From Callorhinchus milii (lineage: Eukaryota): DNA of 64,000 nucleotides. The position numbers were made by a program, and so were the translations under genes. The notes under the pieces are model-generated. The model saw nothing but the letters and a program-made list of their open reading frames with translations, made no database searches and was not told where the DNA came from. This document shows positions 12,830 to 25,503 of this stretch, in pieces. The first letter of the stretch is position 1, and each line of letters starts with the position of its first letter. The DNA lies in NCBI RefSeq assembly GCF_018977255.1, contig NW_024704810.1:1-64000 (forward strand), written 5' to 3'.

Positions 12830-13160
12830 TCTGTATCTCACTGGTTAAAACATTCCACTCGCAAGCGAGAGACCTGGGTTCGCTTCACGGGCGGGAAGGC
12901 GAATCCTTGGGCAAGTTTCTTTACTCCACACACATGAACACACGACAGATAATAATCCATCATGGAAAAAAATAAGTCAACAAGACAAAAAATTATACTG
13001 GAGTAAAACAACCCACGCCCATTTGTGGGACACTACTGCGCGCATTTTCTTCACTTATTTCGCTCAGAAAAAAATCAGTCGCTACACTTGAGTGTTTATT
13101 CTGTGAAACGCTTTGAGACGTCTCGAAAACGTGAAAGGTCGGTCTGTCAAAACGAAATGG
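12830..13160 (+). mobile_element. Decayed tRNA-headed Deu-type SINE
   Basis: Head ..ctcgcaagcgagagacctgggttcg..gggcaagtttctttactccacacac, body tttgtgggacac, tail gtgaaacgctttgagacg. Confidence 0.7.
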
Positions 13161-13164
13161 TTGT

Positions 13165-13500
13165 TATCATTCAGGTCTGGAGGACGTCCCAAAGCGCTGG
13201 ACAGACAAGTATTTCTACTCGAGCTGGAGTTCTGGATCAAAGAGGGTGGAGGAGAGTAAGGGTATTAGTGTGCCTGAAGGCTCGTTCGAAGTGAAGGGAT
13301 TTAAGACGCGCCTTGAAGTAGACAAGGGCGGGAGAGAGGCGAAGGGCATTGGGATGGAGATCTGTAGGTTAGTGGCAGAAAGTCTGAATACCCTGCCGCC
13401 GATGGTAGGACAGCTCGGGCGTGGGACATGGAGCAGACCGGAGCCTTCTGAGCGGAGGAAGCCGACAGATTTGAGCCTTGAAATTGAGGACGAGAATTTT
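13165..13500 (-). mobile_element. L2-type LINE 3' end remnant
   Basis: TIGGRVF.../YFKARLKSLHFERAF in shifted frames plus tail agcgctttgggacgtcctcc. Confidence 0.6.
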
Positions 13501-13924
13501 TAATTCTGGGGGATAGGGAGCCAATCGAGCCGGGCAATGCTGGGTGTGAATGGGTCAAGCAGCTTTCTGGGGAAGAGGACAGGAGGTGCAGAACTCTGGA
13601 GATCTGCAGCTTTGTGATTGGAAGTGTTGGAAATATCGACTAGAAGGGAATTGGTGTGTCGAGCCTTGTCGAGCCTATTTCTACAGTTCCTCGCTTCGAT
13701 TAAACTCATCAGTTTTAATCTCCTTCCCAAATTAAACGCAAAACAACTGATCATAATTGGCGTTTAAAAAATCTCACAAATGTATTATCGCATTGATATC
13801 AACTTGAGGGCGACTGCTTATTTGGGATGAAAACGATGAAATAGAAAAAGGGTCACACCAATTGTTTCTTGAGCAAACTAAGCCTTGTGTTATTCATGCT
13901 TAAGACACGGTTTGTACATTTCAT

Positions 13925-14095
13925 CTGAAGCAGCACTAGTTTATGAGTGTACCAAAGTCAACCGTCACAGGAAGCACCTGTTATTGCTGCCAACGAAGTT
14001 AGTTACAGAAAGAAACTTGACAAGTTATGCAACTTGCAGTTCATGTTATGTGTGGCTTTAGTCCGCCATCTGCTGGTGGATTGCCTCTACAGCAC
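13925..14095 (-). promoter_or_regulatory. ETS/E-box plus CTCF block, copy 2 (perfect core)
   Basis: CAGGAAGCACCTG 13968-13980; CCAGCAGATGGCGG 14063-14076. Confidence 0.65.
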
Positions 14096-14636
14096 GTCTT
14101 AACTGTCCAGGTCCGATCTGCTCCACCAGAAATTTATGTATTAGTCTCATTTCACTGCTCATTCCTCATAGTGTCTGAGCTTCACTGGAATTTTCGGCTC
14201 CAGTCAACTTCACAAACTCTTACTGTAACGATTCTCTGATTTTATTTGTTCCCACACTTTAATTTTATTCTTCGCTCTTTTCCTGTAGTCTTGAGTAATA
14301 AGTTTCTGAATATTGAGCAAGGATTGCACACTTACGCGGTAGAAAAAACACATGTATATTTATGGAGCTCCAGTCACATCAGGAGGATGCCCCAAGGCGC
14401 TGACTACACAATGTATAAAACACGAAATAATCTTCATATTTCTTCTTTGCATACATGAGTGTACTTTAATTACTGACGTGGACCAGCATGGACATTTGTT
14501 TAGTTAGTGCTTCGATTCCAGGCATTAATCGAATCTATTGTAACTGCTCAACCTGAAATGCTCTACCAGGTTCACCCATATGGTATCGTTTGCAAGGCGA
14601 ATACTCTAACCCCGGAGCTACAGAACTCCAAACGGC

Positions 14637-14700
14637 AATTTTTGTAGGGTGGAAACGCTGATCTGTGCCTTAGCGCACAGTAATACCCAGCGGCATCGTA
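14637..14700 (-). pseudogene. 3' remnant of a family-A V with its RSS heptamer deleted
   Basis: ..DAAGYYCAL then directly the family-A 23-bp spacer (gcacagatcagcgtttccaccct) and ACAAAAATT 14637-14645; heptamer absent. Confidence 0.75.
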
Positions 14701-15554
14701 TCTGCTGGCGTTTGGGAGCCAGTGGATCTGGGCTCGTATGGAGGCATAGACTCTTGATTCACCAAAAAAGAATTTACTTCACAGAATTATCCATGAAGCG
14801 CTTTGAGACGTCTCGAAGTCGTCATGCAGTGCTATAGAAAATGCAAGGATTATTGTCATTATTGTGAATGCATTCATTTGGTTGAAGTTGAACCATGCAG
14901 CCCAGCCATAAGCAATACATGTTTACTTTCTATCATGAAGGCTTGGGTGGCAACCTGCCTCTCTTGATATTACTTTCTCTTAGGTGTCAGAATGTTTTTC
15001 GTTCAGGATCCCATTCTGCACCATGATCTCACAGTCTGGACTGCAATTCTTATTCAGGCAGTTTGAGGGTTGTAGTATTAATTAGCTCCAGATAAAAGCC
15101 ACCGCTCGCTTCAGGAATATCTGTGGGGAAATAAATTTATGAAGATTGCCTGTTGTGATTGCCCACAAAATAACTCCATCTGTTTTTGACAGCAGCTGGT
15201 TTCATCATTTTGGTTACACGTGCAACACGAAAGGCACTATATCAACGGCAAGAATTGTTATTATTATAGTTACTGTCAAGTCCTGTTTGGAATTGAGTGC
15301 AGAGTCAGGGAATGTCCATCTAAGATAGTTCTTCATATCCTAAATAAAAAGAAACCATGTCAGTTTTAATCTCCTTACCAAAGTAAACCAAAACAAATCA
15401 CTTAACAAAACATGGCACATGTATTACGGCAGTGAGATCCAGTTAAGGGCTTCGGCTTAATTGGGAGAAAGTTAATAACATTAAAAATAATACAATTAAA
15501 GTGCTTCTTGAGCTACCCACTGCCATGCTTTGGACATATCTCTGTACATGACAG

Positions 15555-15730
15555 TTGAAGCAGCAAACGGTTTTGTGAGGGGACTATGGCAACAGTCAAA
15601 GGAAGCACCTGTTATTGCAGCCAAGTAAGACAGTTACAAAAAGAAACGTGGCAAGTTTTGTAAGTTGCAGCTTATGAAATATGCGTGTTTAGTGACTCAT
15701 CTTCTTGTTAGACGTAGCTACGGCAGTTGT
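15555..15730 (-). promoter_or_regulatory. ETS/E-box block, copy 3 (CTCF core decayed)
   Basis: GGAAGCACCTG 15601-15611; CTCF position degenerate near 15694. Confidence 0.45.
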
Positions 15731-16308
15731 ACAACTGGAACCATTTGAAAGCAAATTGATCTCATCCCCACTTTAATTTCCCGGTTGTGAATGGCGATAT
15801 AAAAATGAAAGTTGTTGTTTTTCATGCTTTCCTACATACTGAAGCAGCACAGAAAGACATGCACGTGTATCGAGACTCACATGAAAGCGAGACGTTTAAA
15901 ATTATTTCAGTGACTATATCTTGATTGTATTTAATAATAATAGTAATTGCATTCTTGCGGATGTTATAGCGCCTTACCACGTATTCGAGACGTTGCTATT
16001 CTTCGTAAAATACGCTGCAAATTAATCGATTCACACAGTGTGGGTGAAAAGCGGAAGCTAATTTCCGCACATCAGTGCACCAATGGATTGAGTGACAAAT
16101 ATATTATTATTATTTTGAAGGAAATATTACCACTGGAAAGAACCGACAATCGACTAAAAAGCGGTTTACTACTGACAGCTACCTAAACAGAGACGAGTGT
16201 GTGGAGTAAGGAAACTTGCTCAATGATTCGTTCCTCTGGCAATTTAACCCACGACTCTCGATTGCGAGGCGAGTGCTGTAACCTCTCAGCTACAGGAACC
16301 CACACCGC

Positions 16309-16347
16309 AGTTTTTGTAGGGCGCAATCGCTGATCTGTGCCTCTGTG
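16309..16347 (-). other. 23-RSS (variant heptamer)
   Basis: CACAGAG 16341-16347, 23-bp spacer, ACAAAAACT 16309-16317. Confidence 0.85.
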
Positions 16348-16975
16348 GGGCTCAGTGCACAGTAGTACCCCGCGGAGTCTGCAACTCTCACTTGTAATAC
16401 TTTCAATTGGACGGTTCTGCCCATTTCATCCACATTCGCTGAGAAACGTTCTTTTGCAAAGTCTGCATTTTGCTTGATCCTGTTGTTGGAGGATGTGCTG
16501 AGGATAAATTCTGGAGATTTGTTGGGAAAGTGACGGTACCAGAACAGATAGTTATTGGTGGTACTTGCAGCTGTATAATTACACTGCAGATAAATAAACT
16601 CCCCTTCATTCGCTGTCACAGTAGATTGCAGCTGTGTCACTGAATCTCCTCCACAATGTCCTGGGAACACACACACATCAGCGATCAACAGCAATAATAA
16701 TATTTGTATTAGTACTTGGATTCGATATAGACGCAAGTCGCACAGTTTATCTCCATATCCCTTAATCCTTCTATCCTTTAGAAACCTATCAATCTCTGTC
16801 TTGAACCTGTACATGGACTGAGCATCCGCAGCCTTTTGTGGTAGAGAATTTCATAAAAGCCATAAATAAAACATAAACATTTGATAATATATGCAGGAAA
16901 CAGACGGGTAGAGTTAGGTTATGGTTTACCTGATAGGGTAATGATCACTGCCACCACAGAGATGTACATCGTCAT
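16348..16975 (-). CDS. TRAV/DV: TCR alpha/delta V gene (family A), apparently functional
   Basis: Leader 16930-16975 (MTMYISVVAVIITLS-G|GTAAAC); V exon 16348-16660 GHCGGDSVTQ..LQCNY..FWYRH..DFAKERFS..DSAGYYCALSP. Confidence 0.9.
16746..16850 (-). mobile_element. CR1 LINE 3' fragment in the leader-V intron
   Basis: LPQKAADAQSMYRFKTEIDRFLKDRRIKGYG, a typical CR1 ORF2 end; same insertion, longer, at 57135-57348. Confidence 0.8.
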
Positions 16976-17149
16976 ATGTATTTAGTGGCACAGAGCGTTG
17001 AGGGAAGGTTGATGGTGTTGTTGGAAAATGTTGGCTGGGAGGCTGTAAGATACCGTGTGGAGGAATGAACAGACAAGAACCAACAGAAGTTACTCTTTAC
17101 TGTGAGTGAGCAGGTCTGAGGGTTATGCCCAAACCTTGTGTCTGTGTCA

Positions 17150-17205
17150 TTATGCGTCATTTTCTCTGCTCTGCCATATCGCCCCTCATTGGTTCTCTCC
17201 AATCA
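17150..17205 (-). promoter_or_regulatory. Family-A V promoter module (CCAAT plus CRE-like TGACG); homologous copies near 25672-25725, 29965-30015, 37675-37730, 44575-44635, 53200-53250, 57640-57690, 63782-63835
   Basis: Minus strand CCAAT (17188-17192) and TGACGCA (17153-17159) about 180-220 bp upstream of the ATG; retained in most copies; CRE-like motifs are known in TCR V promoters. Confidence 0.55.
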
Positions 17206-18647
17206 CTGATATATCTTTGTTCAATCGGCTGCCTGAAACCTGCAACAAATTACACCCATTTTTAAGTTTATCAAAAGCTCAAACATGAGATGAGGATATA
17301 TATGCCATCTGTGGAGTTCTGTAGCTCACAGATTAAAGCCCTCGCCACACACCGAGAGATATCGGTTCGATTGTTGTTTAAATTTCCTTACTCCACCCTC
17401 AACACTGTTTACCGCCTAGTAGGCAGGAATCTGTTAGTTAGTCGATTGCTGATTTACTTTCTGGGTATAAATATCCTGTTTCCCCTTCAAAATGCACAGC
17501 CAATATAATTTAGAGTATATTCGGTGAAGCATATTGAGACATCTCAGAGGCGAAATTATTCGCTCTATTCAATGTCAAGGTTTATTGCAACATAGATAAT
17601 CAAAAGAAGGCAGGACGGGGTATTCAGTGGAAGCCACTGAGTGTGTGCAGATGGCAAGACAATGACCTAATATGTGTTGGCTTCACATCCCCGGGGGCAG
17701 CTGTCAATTTGGTAACGAAGTGAAACGAGGCATTGAGAGGGTTCAAAGCGAAAGGGTAGGAGCCATGTTACGTCAGCAGTTTCTCAGCTTTCTTTTCCCC
17801 AATTAGTTGAGAGCTTTCTTCTTGCCACTCTTCGCTCAAGGCTTCTGGGTTACAACAGTTTGGGTACAAAACACAAGTTTCCTAGCATAATTCAATTCTA
17901 AAAGTTACTGTGTTGTAAGGTTTATTTCGCTGAATGATTCTTCACAGATTCACATTTATTTTTCTTAACCGGTGTCTGACCCATGTGGGGACACCCATAG
18001 CCATTCTTTTTTTAATATCCAAACCAACTTGTGTGTTATAATAATCGCCAATGCCTTTCATATCAAACCTGATCACTTTTTCGAGTAGTCTATACGAACT
18101 TCGCAGGAAACAGTGTATCGACAGTGTATTTTGTAGACAACAACTTGTAGCTACGTGCACACAGCAGTGTCGCGCAAACAGTCTTCGATCGAGTGATCAA
18201 CTTTTATAATCGACTAAAAGCGATTATCCAAACTCCTATCAACCGGGTTCCCATTTCCGGCTCAGTAAAGCAATACAGATATAATAAACCTTGCATTTGA
18301 TACAGTCCTTGGTCACGTCTTCGTGACATTATGCAGCATTTCGTAGGTTGTACTGTGTAGGGAATTGACTGTGTCTGTTATGGGATAAATACGGCAAATG
18401 CACACAGCAATGTTCCACATACTCTTGTGGAATGAAGTGAATTTCTCTTTTCTTTTTAAAGCAATTATTAATCCCGGAAAAGCGATCTGCCAGTCAACTA
18501 ACAGCCATGTTGCTACACACTGCGCGGTAAACAGACGTGTGTGCAGTAACAAAAGTAGCACAACATTTTGCCCGAAAGGAAACCGAACCCAGGTCCTCAC
18601 GCTTGCGAGGCTAGAGCTCAAAATATTGAGCTACAGTAAACCAAACA

Positions 18648-18686
18648 AGTTTTTGTACAGGTCCCTCTTAGACACACAGCACTGTG
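18648..18686 (-). other. 23-RSS
   Basis: CACAGTG 18680-18686, 23-bp spacer, ACAAAAACT 18648-18656. Confidence 0.9.
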
Positions 18687-19147
18687 CCCTCCGCACAAAA
18701 GTAAATGGCGGTGTCTGATAGTCGCACATCTTCGATGGTTAGCGTGCAGTTTTTCTGTTTTCGATCAGCCAAAGCTCTTATCCTGTCCTTCATATTTACG
18801 TCACTTTTTCCCAAAACCAAGAACCGAAAGGAGCCGTTTCCATAATGTTTGTACCAGTGAAAGACAGGGTTGGTCACAGGTGGCGTTGCATTCCAAACAA
18901 CCATTTCCATTTTCATTCACTGTCACGGCCTGAGGTGTCTGTGCGACATCGCTTGCGGCCAAGACACCAGGAAAGCAAGCAGAAATGGACATTATTGAAA
19001 AGGAATTCGGAAAATATCTGCCAAGACAATTTGTTAACATTTAGCAGGGAGAAAAAGCACTTGCTTGAAAACCATCATAATCTACTTACACGGCAGAAAT
19101 ATTATTAGATTCAAAGTAATATACTTTGCATTGTAATTCTGCTTCAT
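18687..19147 (-). pseudogene. TCR V pseudogene (family C)
   Basis: Leader 19090-19147 (MKQNYNAKYITLNLIIFLP); acceptor AG>TG at 18968-18969; +1 frameshift after ECNAT; 3' part ..NCTLTIEDVRLSDTAIYFCAEG. Confidence 0.85.
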
Positions 19148-20752
19148 TCTCAACAGCCGTGTCCATTCACGTCCATATCTTCTGTTGAAATGCAAAGATA
19201 AATTATCTAAACGTAGCGTCTGGTTGATAAACGTTTGTCGTTTGGATGAGTTGTCCCTTAGTTCCGCGTTATTATCTTGTCTCTATTCATCGCTGGAGGT
19301 GTATTGCGACTCCTCCTACCGTTTATGTACAGATTCACTTCGTCTCGCTGTGGCAAAGCAGAGTCGTATATGAAAGACATAGTGTTGAGACCGAGTTACA
19401 ATGACGGAAATGATACTTTCGAATTGTTTCACAGAATATACTGTAAAATTGATTGACAGTGTAATTCTAGAGCGAAGCCAATTGGGAACGATTGTATCGC
19501 ACAAAGAATCGTGGATTGAATAACCAATTTATTATTTTTTTTCAAAGAATTCTAAAAGCGATCCGCCAACCGACTATTGAACATGTTCGTCCTAATCTGA
19601 GTGCTACACAGTGGTGTGTGGAGCAAGGAAACCTGCCCAAAATTTCGCGCTGACGAGAATGGAAACGACATCTCCTGCTTGCGAGGTGTGGGCTCTATAA
19701 ACGGAGATATTGGATTCAGGTGTCCTGAGCAAAGACTTCGATAAGTCGAATACTTGCAGGAACAGCAAATGAGAGAACTGATGGTGAAGGGAATGAGATA
19801 GATATGTCCTCAAGATTGTGCAGTGAACAAGTGTAGAATTTTTAGGATATAAGAAAGTGCTTCCCCGGGAACTGTGAAACCAGAAGTGTCAGAGAATCCT
19901 GATGCACCATTACATGGTGCGGACTGATCACCTACAATTTGTAATGAACTTTGATTCCAATACTGCAGCTTTCGAGAACATCTTTTGTTCAGAATGGGAA
20001 GTATGAACCAAGGAACGGGACTAGGTTGGCAACTTCCTGAAAACCATTCGAAGTGAGTCCTGGAATATGGCTTATTGAACCATTTCCATCTGCTTTCCAG
20101 CCAGTGATGTCTGGTCAAAATAATAGCGCACCAACGCATCCAGTAGTCAGAAACAGCAATACCTTGTTTAAGCTGGTCCCAAAGTAATAATATTTATCCC
20201 AATGTTAATGTTTTCATTTGATACAAAGTCTTATCATGCCAATGGGACGACTCTAAGCGCTTCGCAGGCCATGTTGCACAGTGTAGTGACTGTAGTTTTG
20301 GGGTGCATAATGTGGTAGTCTGTTGCACACAAACATTGTTGTTTGTATTATGTTTCAATGCATTATTAATCGAGGAAAGGCGATCAGCCAATCGACTAAC
20401 AACCGTGTTCCAACTTCTGCTAGGTATACAGAGGCATGTGTGTGGAGCAAAGAAACGTACGCAACGTTTACTTCCGACCAAGAATCGGACCACGGTCTTC
20501 TCGCTTGCGAAGTGAATATCTAACTAACACACTAATGGATCTCGATATATTCCACTAATTTATTTCAATGATCACGTTTTAAGCGTTGGTGGCTTTATAC
20601 AAATCATGAATTTCAAATCAAGCAATATTTCGCCATGTGCTTCGAAGCGGCTTGACAGGTTTTCCCTATATTTAAGCAGATATAAATGTTGTTTTATTTA
20701 TGCGTTAATGCAACGTCGACCCCTCGCGTATAACAGCATATTAACCTGTTCA

Positions 20753-20791
20753 AGTTTTTGTACGGAGCGGCCATAGCACCGCGGCAGTGTG
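20753..20791 (-). other. 23-RSS (variant heptamer)
   Basis: CACACTG 20785-20791, 23-bp spacer, ACAAAAACT 20753-20761. Confidence 0.85.
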
Positions 20792-21570
20792 GGCTCCTTG
20801 GCGCAGTAATACACGGCACTGTCCCTGATCAGGACGGTGACAATACTCAGTTTGAAATCTTCATTACTTTTATCGACTTTGGAGGAAAATCGATCGGGGA
20901 AGTCAGGGCTCTTATTATCTTTCCCTGCAACAGACTGAAGTATGAAGACAGGAGCGTTCCTGGAAACTTGTCTGTACCAATAGAGATAGGAGGTATCACT
21001 GATTTTCTGCAAGGTGCAGGATAATTTCACATCTTTTCCCTCTTCAACTCTTATTTCAGCAATCGGTTGATTCCCAGTACCTTGCAGGCTGTTTCCTGTG
21101 ATTTAAATGAACATATTGTTGAGCAGCAAGTTTGTCTAATGTGGAGACTGTAACGTATTGGTGAGAGCATTCGCCTCAGAAGCAAGAGTTATCTGGCTTT
21201 TGAATCAGGGCACAGCGAAACTTCAGACAATTTTCTTGCTCCATACACCTCTGTTTAATAAGCAGTAAACAGGAACAAGGTTGTTTGTTGAATGGCATCT
21301 CTCTTTTCCAGGGGTAATTAGCACTTAAATAATAAATCCATAATAAAATAGATAATAATTTGGACACTCATTGAATGACTGTTTGATCAAAAGTGCTGCA
21401 GACAATCGTCTCGAATATATGGAAAAGCACAATATATAATCAAACGATTATTAATACTATAATGTTGTAAAAGGTAAAACAAGATATTAAAAAAAGATCT
21501 ACAAAAGACACTAACGGCAAAGTAAGCTGAGAGTGATTGAGAGCACAGCACATGTCTCCCACATGAGCAT
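20792..21570 (-). CDS. TRAV/DV: TCR alpha/delta V gene (family B), apparently functional
   Basis: Leader 21516-21570 (MLMWETCAVLSITLSLLC-R); V exon 20792-21095 NSLQGTGNQPIAEIRVEEGKDVKLSC..YWYRQ..DSAVYYCAKEP. Confidence 0.88.
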
Positions 21571-21629
21571 CCTGATCCCGTGTCTGACATTAACTCCCCA
21601 ATGTGGATTGATGGGGCTTTTTGGCTCAG

Positions 21630-21790
21630 CAGCCACACAGTCATAGCCCCGCCCACACAGAGCCCCGCCCACACTACCACTGCCACGCCCACAGAGCTGC
21701 GTCACTCAGTCACTGCCCCGCCCGCACTGAAACGCGTCGCCCAATCACTTCCGTTGCATTAGAACGCTCCGCCCCCTCCACTCCCCTCAC
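21630..21790 (-). repeat. GC-rich minisatellite upstream of the family-B leader (GC boxes, CRE-like)
   Basis: Repeated ccccgcccacacag / ccactgccacgcccac / cgtcactcagtcact units 60-220 bp upstream of the ATG. Confidence 0.75.
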
Positions 21791-22889
21791 AGAAACACAC
21801 ACAGTGCCACACAATCAGGTCACTCAATCCACAATATTTTGTGGGCCGCTGTTTTATACAGTTGGCTACCACGTTTGGCCCACACAAGACAATCTAACGC
21901 CCCACACCTAACCTAACCCTAAACTCCCCCTTCCACCCCACCTTCCACACTCTCCCAATCCCACAGCGCCGAAAAATCTGGCAACTCAAACCACAGCTTT
22001 TTGTGGGACACTGCTGTACACAACTGGCATCAAAAAATATGGTCACTACACTTTTCAGCGTATTCTGTGAAGAGCTCTGAGCCGTCTCAATGACGTATTA
22101 TTGCAGTATATCAAATGCAACTTTTGCTTTTATTATCGTTCTGATTACAATGTTGAATAAGATGTGCCCTTACTAATGTTTTTAGTATTCGGGTTTCAGA
22201 AATGCTTTTATCAAATACAGCCTTGTCATTTAGTCGATACGCCTCAAACCTCCTCAAACAATTTGTATGCAACACTTTCCTACGAACAGCTATGAATGAA
22301 GATGAATTTAACCGATTGAAAGTCCGTCCAGACACTGGTTGAAAACTTTCTCGAGCATTGCAATGGCATCACTATAGTCCCTTCATGCAAGCCGCCTGGG
22401 CCTGGGTTTAATATCTCCTCGGTAGGACAAGCTTCACCAACAATACTGACAGCCAGGCCTGCTCTAGAGTGTCAGACCAGAACAGCAGAACGTAATCCAA
22501 ACAGTATTTCACAGTGAGCAGTTTCGTCGCTTTTGAATGTTTCAGTTGCCGGATGACATATCAATGATCTTTTTAAATTGCATAGTAATAAACGTATTAA
22601 ATAGCTCAATGTTCACGTTTAATGTAGTTGCCTGAACAAACTGTGAGGAGCAGATTTTTTTTTCACACTGCCAGTGGTTCTGATCTTGAATGCATTGCCT
22701 GAAAGGTTGGCAGAAGCCGATACTGTAAACAAATGTCAACAGAGAATTGCTATACCGCAGAGAAAACAATTTAAGAGCTGCTGCTAATCGAGAATAAAGG
22801 CAATAATGTAAAATAGGTGAGATAGAAATTGTTTCATGAGCAACCTAGGCCTTATGTTAATACTTTAGGCAAATATTTGTAAATTTCTG

Positions 22890-23065
22890 TTGAAGTAGTA
22901 ATAGTGTGTATGAGTGAAATATGTCAACTGCAACAGGAAGCACCTGTTACTGCTGCAAAGGAAGTTAGTTACAGAAAGGAGCGTGACGTGTTATGTGAGT
23001 TGCAGCTCATGTTATTTGTGTTTGTTTAGTGCGCCATCTGCTGGTGGATTATAGCTACAACACGT
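22890..23065 (-). promoter_or_regulatory. ETS/E-box plus CTCF block, copy 4 (perfect core)
   Basis: CAGGAAGCACCTG near 22934; CCAGCAGATGGCGC 23031-23044. Confidence 0.65.
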
Positions 23066-24125
23066 ACACAATTGGAGAGGTTTCATAGCATAATTATTTT
23101 GGGCCCGTCTTGCCTTTCCTTGGTGCTATCTTCTCCACAGGAAGTTTATGCATTAGTCAAGTTTCCCTGCTCGTTCCCCTTATTTTCTATTCCTCTCTGG
23201 AACATTCGGATATTCGGTGTCATTCACATTCTTTTACATTGACGTGTCTCTATGCTAACACTTGCTGCGCCACTTGCTCCTCCTCCCTTTCTATTCATTT
23301 CCTTGTCTTATTATTTCATCGATTATATCATTTGACTGAACAATTAGCTGACTTAGAGCATTTTGCACCAGTGTGACAAAATATTGCCATTTATTTCAGT
23401 CAGTTCACGTCAGGAGGACGTCGCAAGGGAAATGTGCTGACTGGACTTAAAATGAAATTTAATGTTCATTCTTCTTTAACTTCAATACAATAAATTGTTT
23501 CGTTTCTTCAGTGACTCGCCAAGAACGCTCCCATACGTGGAAAGCGCTAACTAGGAATAGGAGCAGACCATCAGGTCCTTGAGTTTGTTCCAACGTTATA
23601 TTACATTATGGCTGATTTATCTCTCAACACATATTCTAACCTTTTCTTCGTAACCCTTGATATTCTGAGCTAAAATAAATGTATCCGACTCAGTCTGGAA
23701 AATGTGAATAGAACCAACATTTCCAGAATCTTTGTGGAAGTTTTCCAGATTTCCTTAAATTTTTTATATTTTTTTCCTGCCAATTTCTTTGCTAACTGGA
23801 CTGGCTCTAATGCACCCTTATTCTGCATTCCCCGAACCACCAGAAGAAACAGTTTCTCAACAGATAGTTTTTGTTTAAGCAATTTAAACGGAAATTGTTT
23901 GTTTTGATGTTTACTTACTTAATAATGCAGCATAGAAAGAATCGTACATGTGGCAGCGCTCCCCAGCAAACAAGACATTTTTAATTACCACTTTGATGAT
24001 AACATGACTACAGTTAATAACAATAATAATAATAGTTGCATTTGATATAGCGCCGTATCACATCTTCGAGACGCCACTCAGTGCTTCATTCAATATGCAG
24101 TAAACGAATTGACTGCATAGTGTGA

Positions 24126-24205
24126 GGGGCAGTGATTGAGTGAGGTAGCGTGGCAGTGGCTATGTGGGGCAGTGATTGAGTGACGCAGCGTGGCAGTGGC
24201 TGTGT
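24126..24205 (+). repeat. Two 40-bp tandem units, an inverted copy of the family-B promoter minisatellite
   Basis: ggggcagtgattgagtga(g/c)g(t/c)agcgtggcagtggct(a/g)tgt x2. Confidence 0.8.
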
Positions 24206-24276
24206 GGACGAAGCACGGCAGCAAATTGCATATATCGATGTCTCATTGGATGACCTGACCAATTTATTATTAACAT

Positions 24277-24360
24277 GTGGAGTCCTGAAGCTCAGTGGTT
24301 AGAGCACTCGCTTTGCGAGCGAGAGACCTGGGTTCAGTTCCAGGCAGGTCAGGGCGAAAC
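24277..24360 (+). mobile_element. SINE tRNA-derived head
   Basis: ggagtcctgaagctcagtggttagagcactcgc...gacctgggttcagttcc (A and B boxes); absent in the paralog near 62470. Confidence 0.75.
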
Positions 24361-24615
24361 ATTATAATTATCGGTGACTCATTGGATGAAGTGACCAAAT
24401 TATTATTAACACTATTATTCAGATGGAATTATTGCCTCTGAATAATCGATACTCCAACCGATTAACATCCTGCTGCCTATTTACTGCTGGTAACCAGAGA
24501 CTAGTGTGTGGAATAAGGAAAGTTGCGCATTGATTCGTTCTGCAGGTCATTGAACCAACGTCTATCGCTTGTGAGGCGAGTGCTGTAACCACTGAGCTAC
24601 AGGACCCCACATGGC

Positions 24616-24654
24616 AGTTTTTGTAGGGCGGAACCGCTGATCTGTGCCTCTGTG
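24616..24654 (-). other. 23-RSS (variant heptamer)
   Basis: CACAGAG 24648-24654, 23-bp spacer, ACAAAAACT 24616-24624. Confidence 0.85.
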
Positions 24655-25503
24655 GGGCTCAGTGCACAGTAATACCCCGCGGAGTCTGTAACTTTCACTT
24701 GCAATATATTTAATGGGACGGTTCTCTCCGCTTTAGACACATTCGTTGAGAAACGTTCTTCTGCAAAGTCCGCGCCGTTCTTGATCCTGTTGTTGGTGTC
24801 TGTGCTAAGGATATATTCTGGAGATTTGTTGGGAAAGTGACGGTACCAGAACAGATAGGTATTGTATTCGCTTGTAGCTGTATAATTGCACTGCAGGTAA
24901 ACATCCTCCCCTTCAGTCACTGTCACAGTAGATTGGAGCTGTGTTACAGCGTCTCCTCCACAATGTCCTGGAAACGAGACCCATATCAGCGTTCAATACC
25001 ATAACAATAATCATCATACAAATTATTGCTTTTCATACAGCGCCATACTACATCATTGCGTCTCCAAATGCTTCATAGAATATTCTGAGAATGTGTATTG
25101 TGTGGGCGACACGTGGCAGCAAATTGCGCACAGCATTTTCCTAATAAAAGTTCATGGAATGACTGATAGCATTATTATCACTGGTACCCGTTAAGAGATT
25201 ATTAACACCGAAAACTGATCCGACGATCGACCAACGAACGGGTACCTACATATCTCGATGTAAAAAGTGGTGCGTGTGTGGAAGAAGGAAACTTGCCTGA
25301 GGTTTCGCTCTGTCCAAGCCGGGAACTAAACCCAAGTCAACACGTTTGCTGCAGGAATGCATGAGTCGTGTACCGTATTGGTTATGTAATGCAAAAATAT
25401 ATATTCATTGGATAATATGCACATGAAGCAGACTAATAGAGCGAGTTTGTCGCTTACCTGACAAGGTAATGATCACTGCTACCACATAGACATACATTGT
25501 CAT
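24655..25503 (-). CDS. TRAV/DV: TCR alpha/delta V gene (family A), apparently functional
   Basis: Leader 25458-25503 (MTMYVYVVAVIITLS-G); V exon 24655-24967 GHCGGDAVTQ..LQCNY..WYRH..DSAGYYCALSP. Confidence 0.9.

Noticed and set aside
16355-16365. Inverted cryptic heptamer (TACTGTG) at the Y-C codons of many V exons
   Set aside because: An expected by-product of the YYC codons, common to most antigen-receptor V genes; no evidence here for V replacement.
21630-21790. CRISPR-like array in GC-rich repeats
   Set aside because: Vertebrate DNA; degenerate tandem units without unique spacers, and no cas genes.
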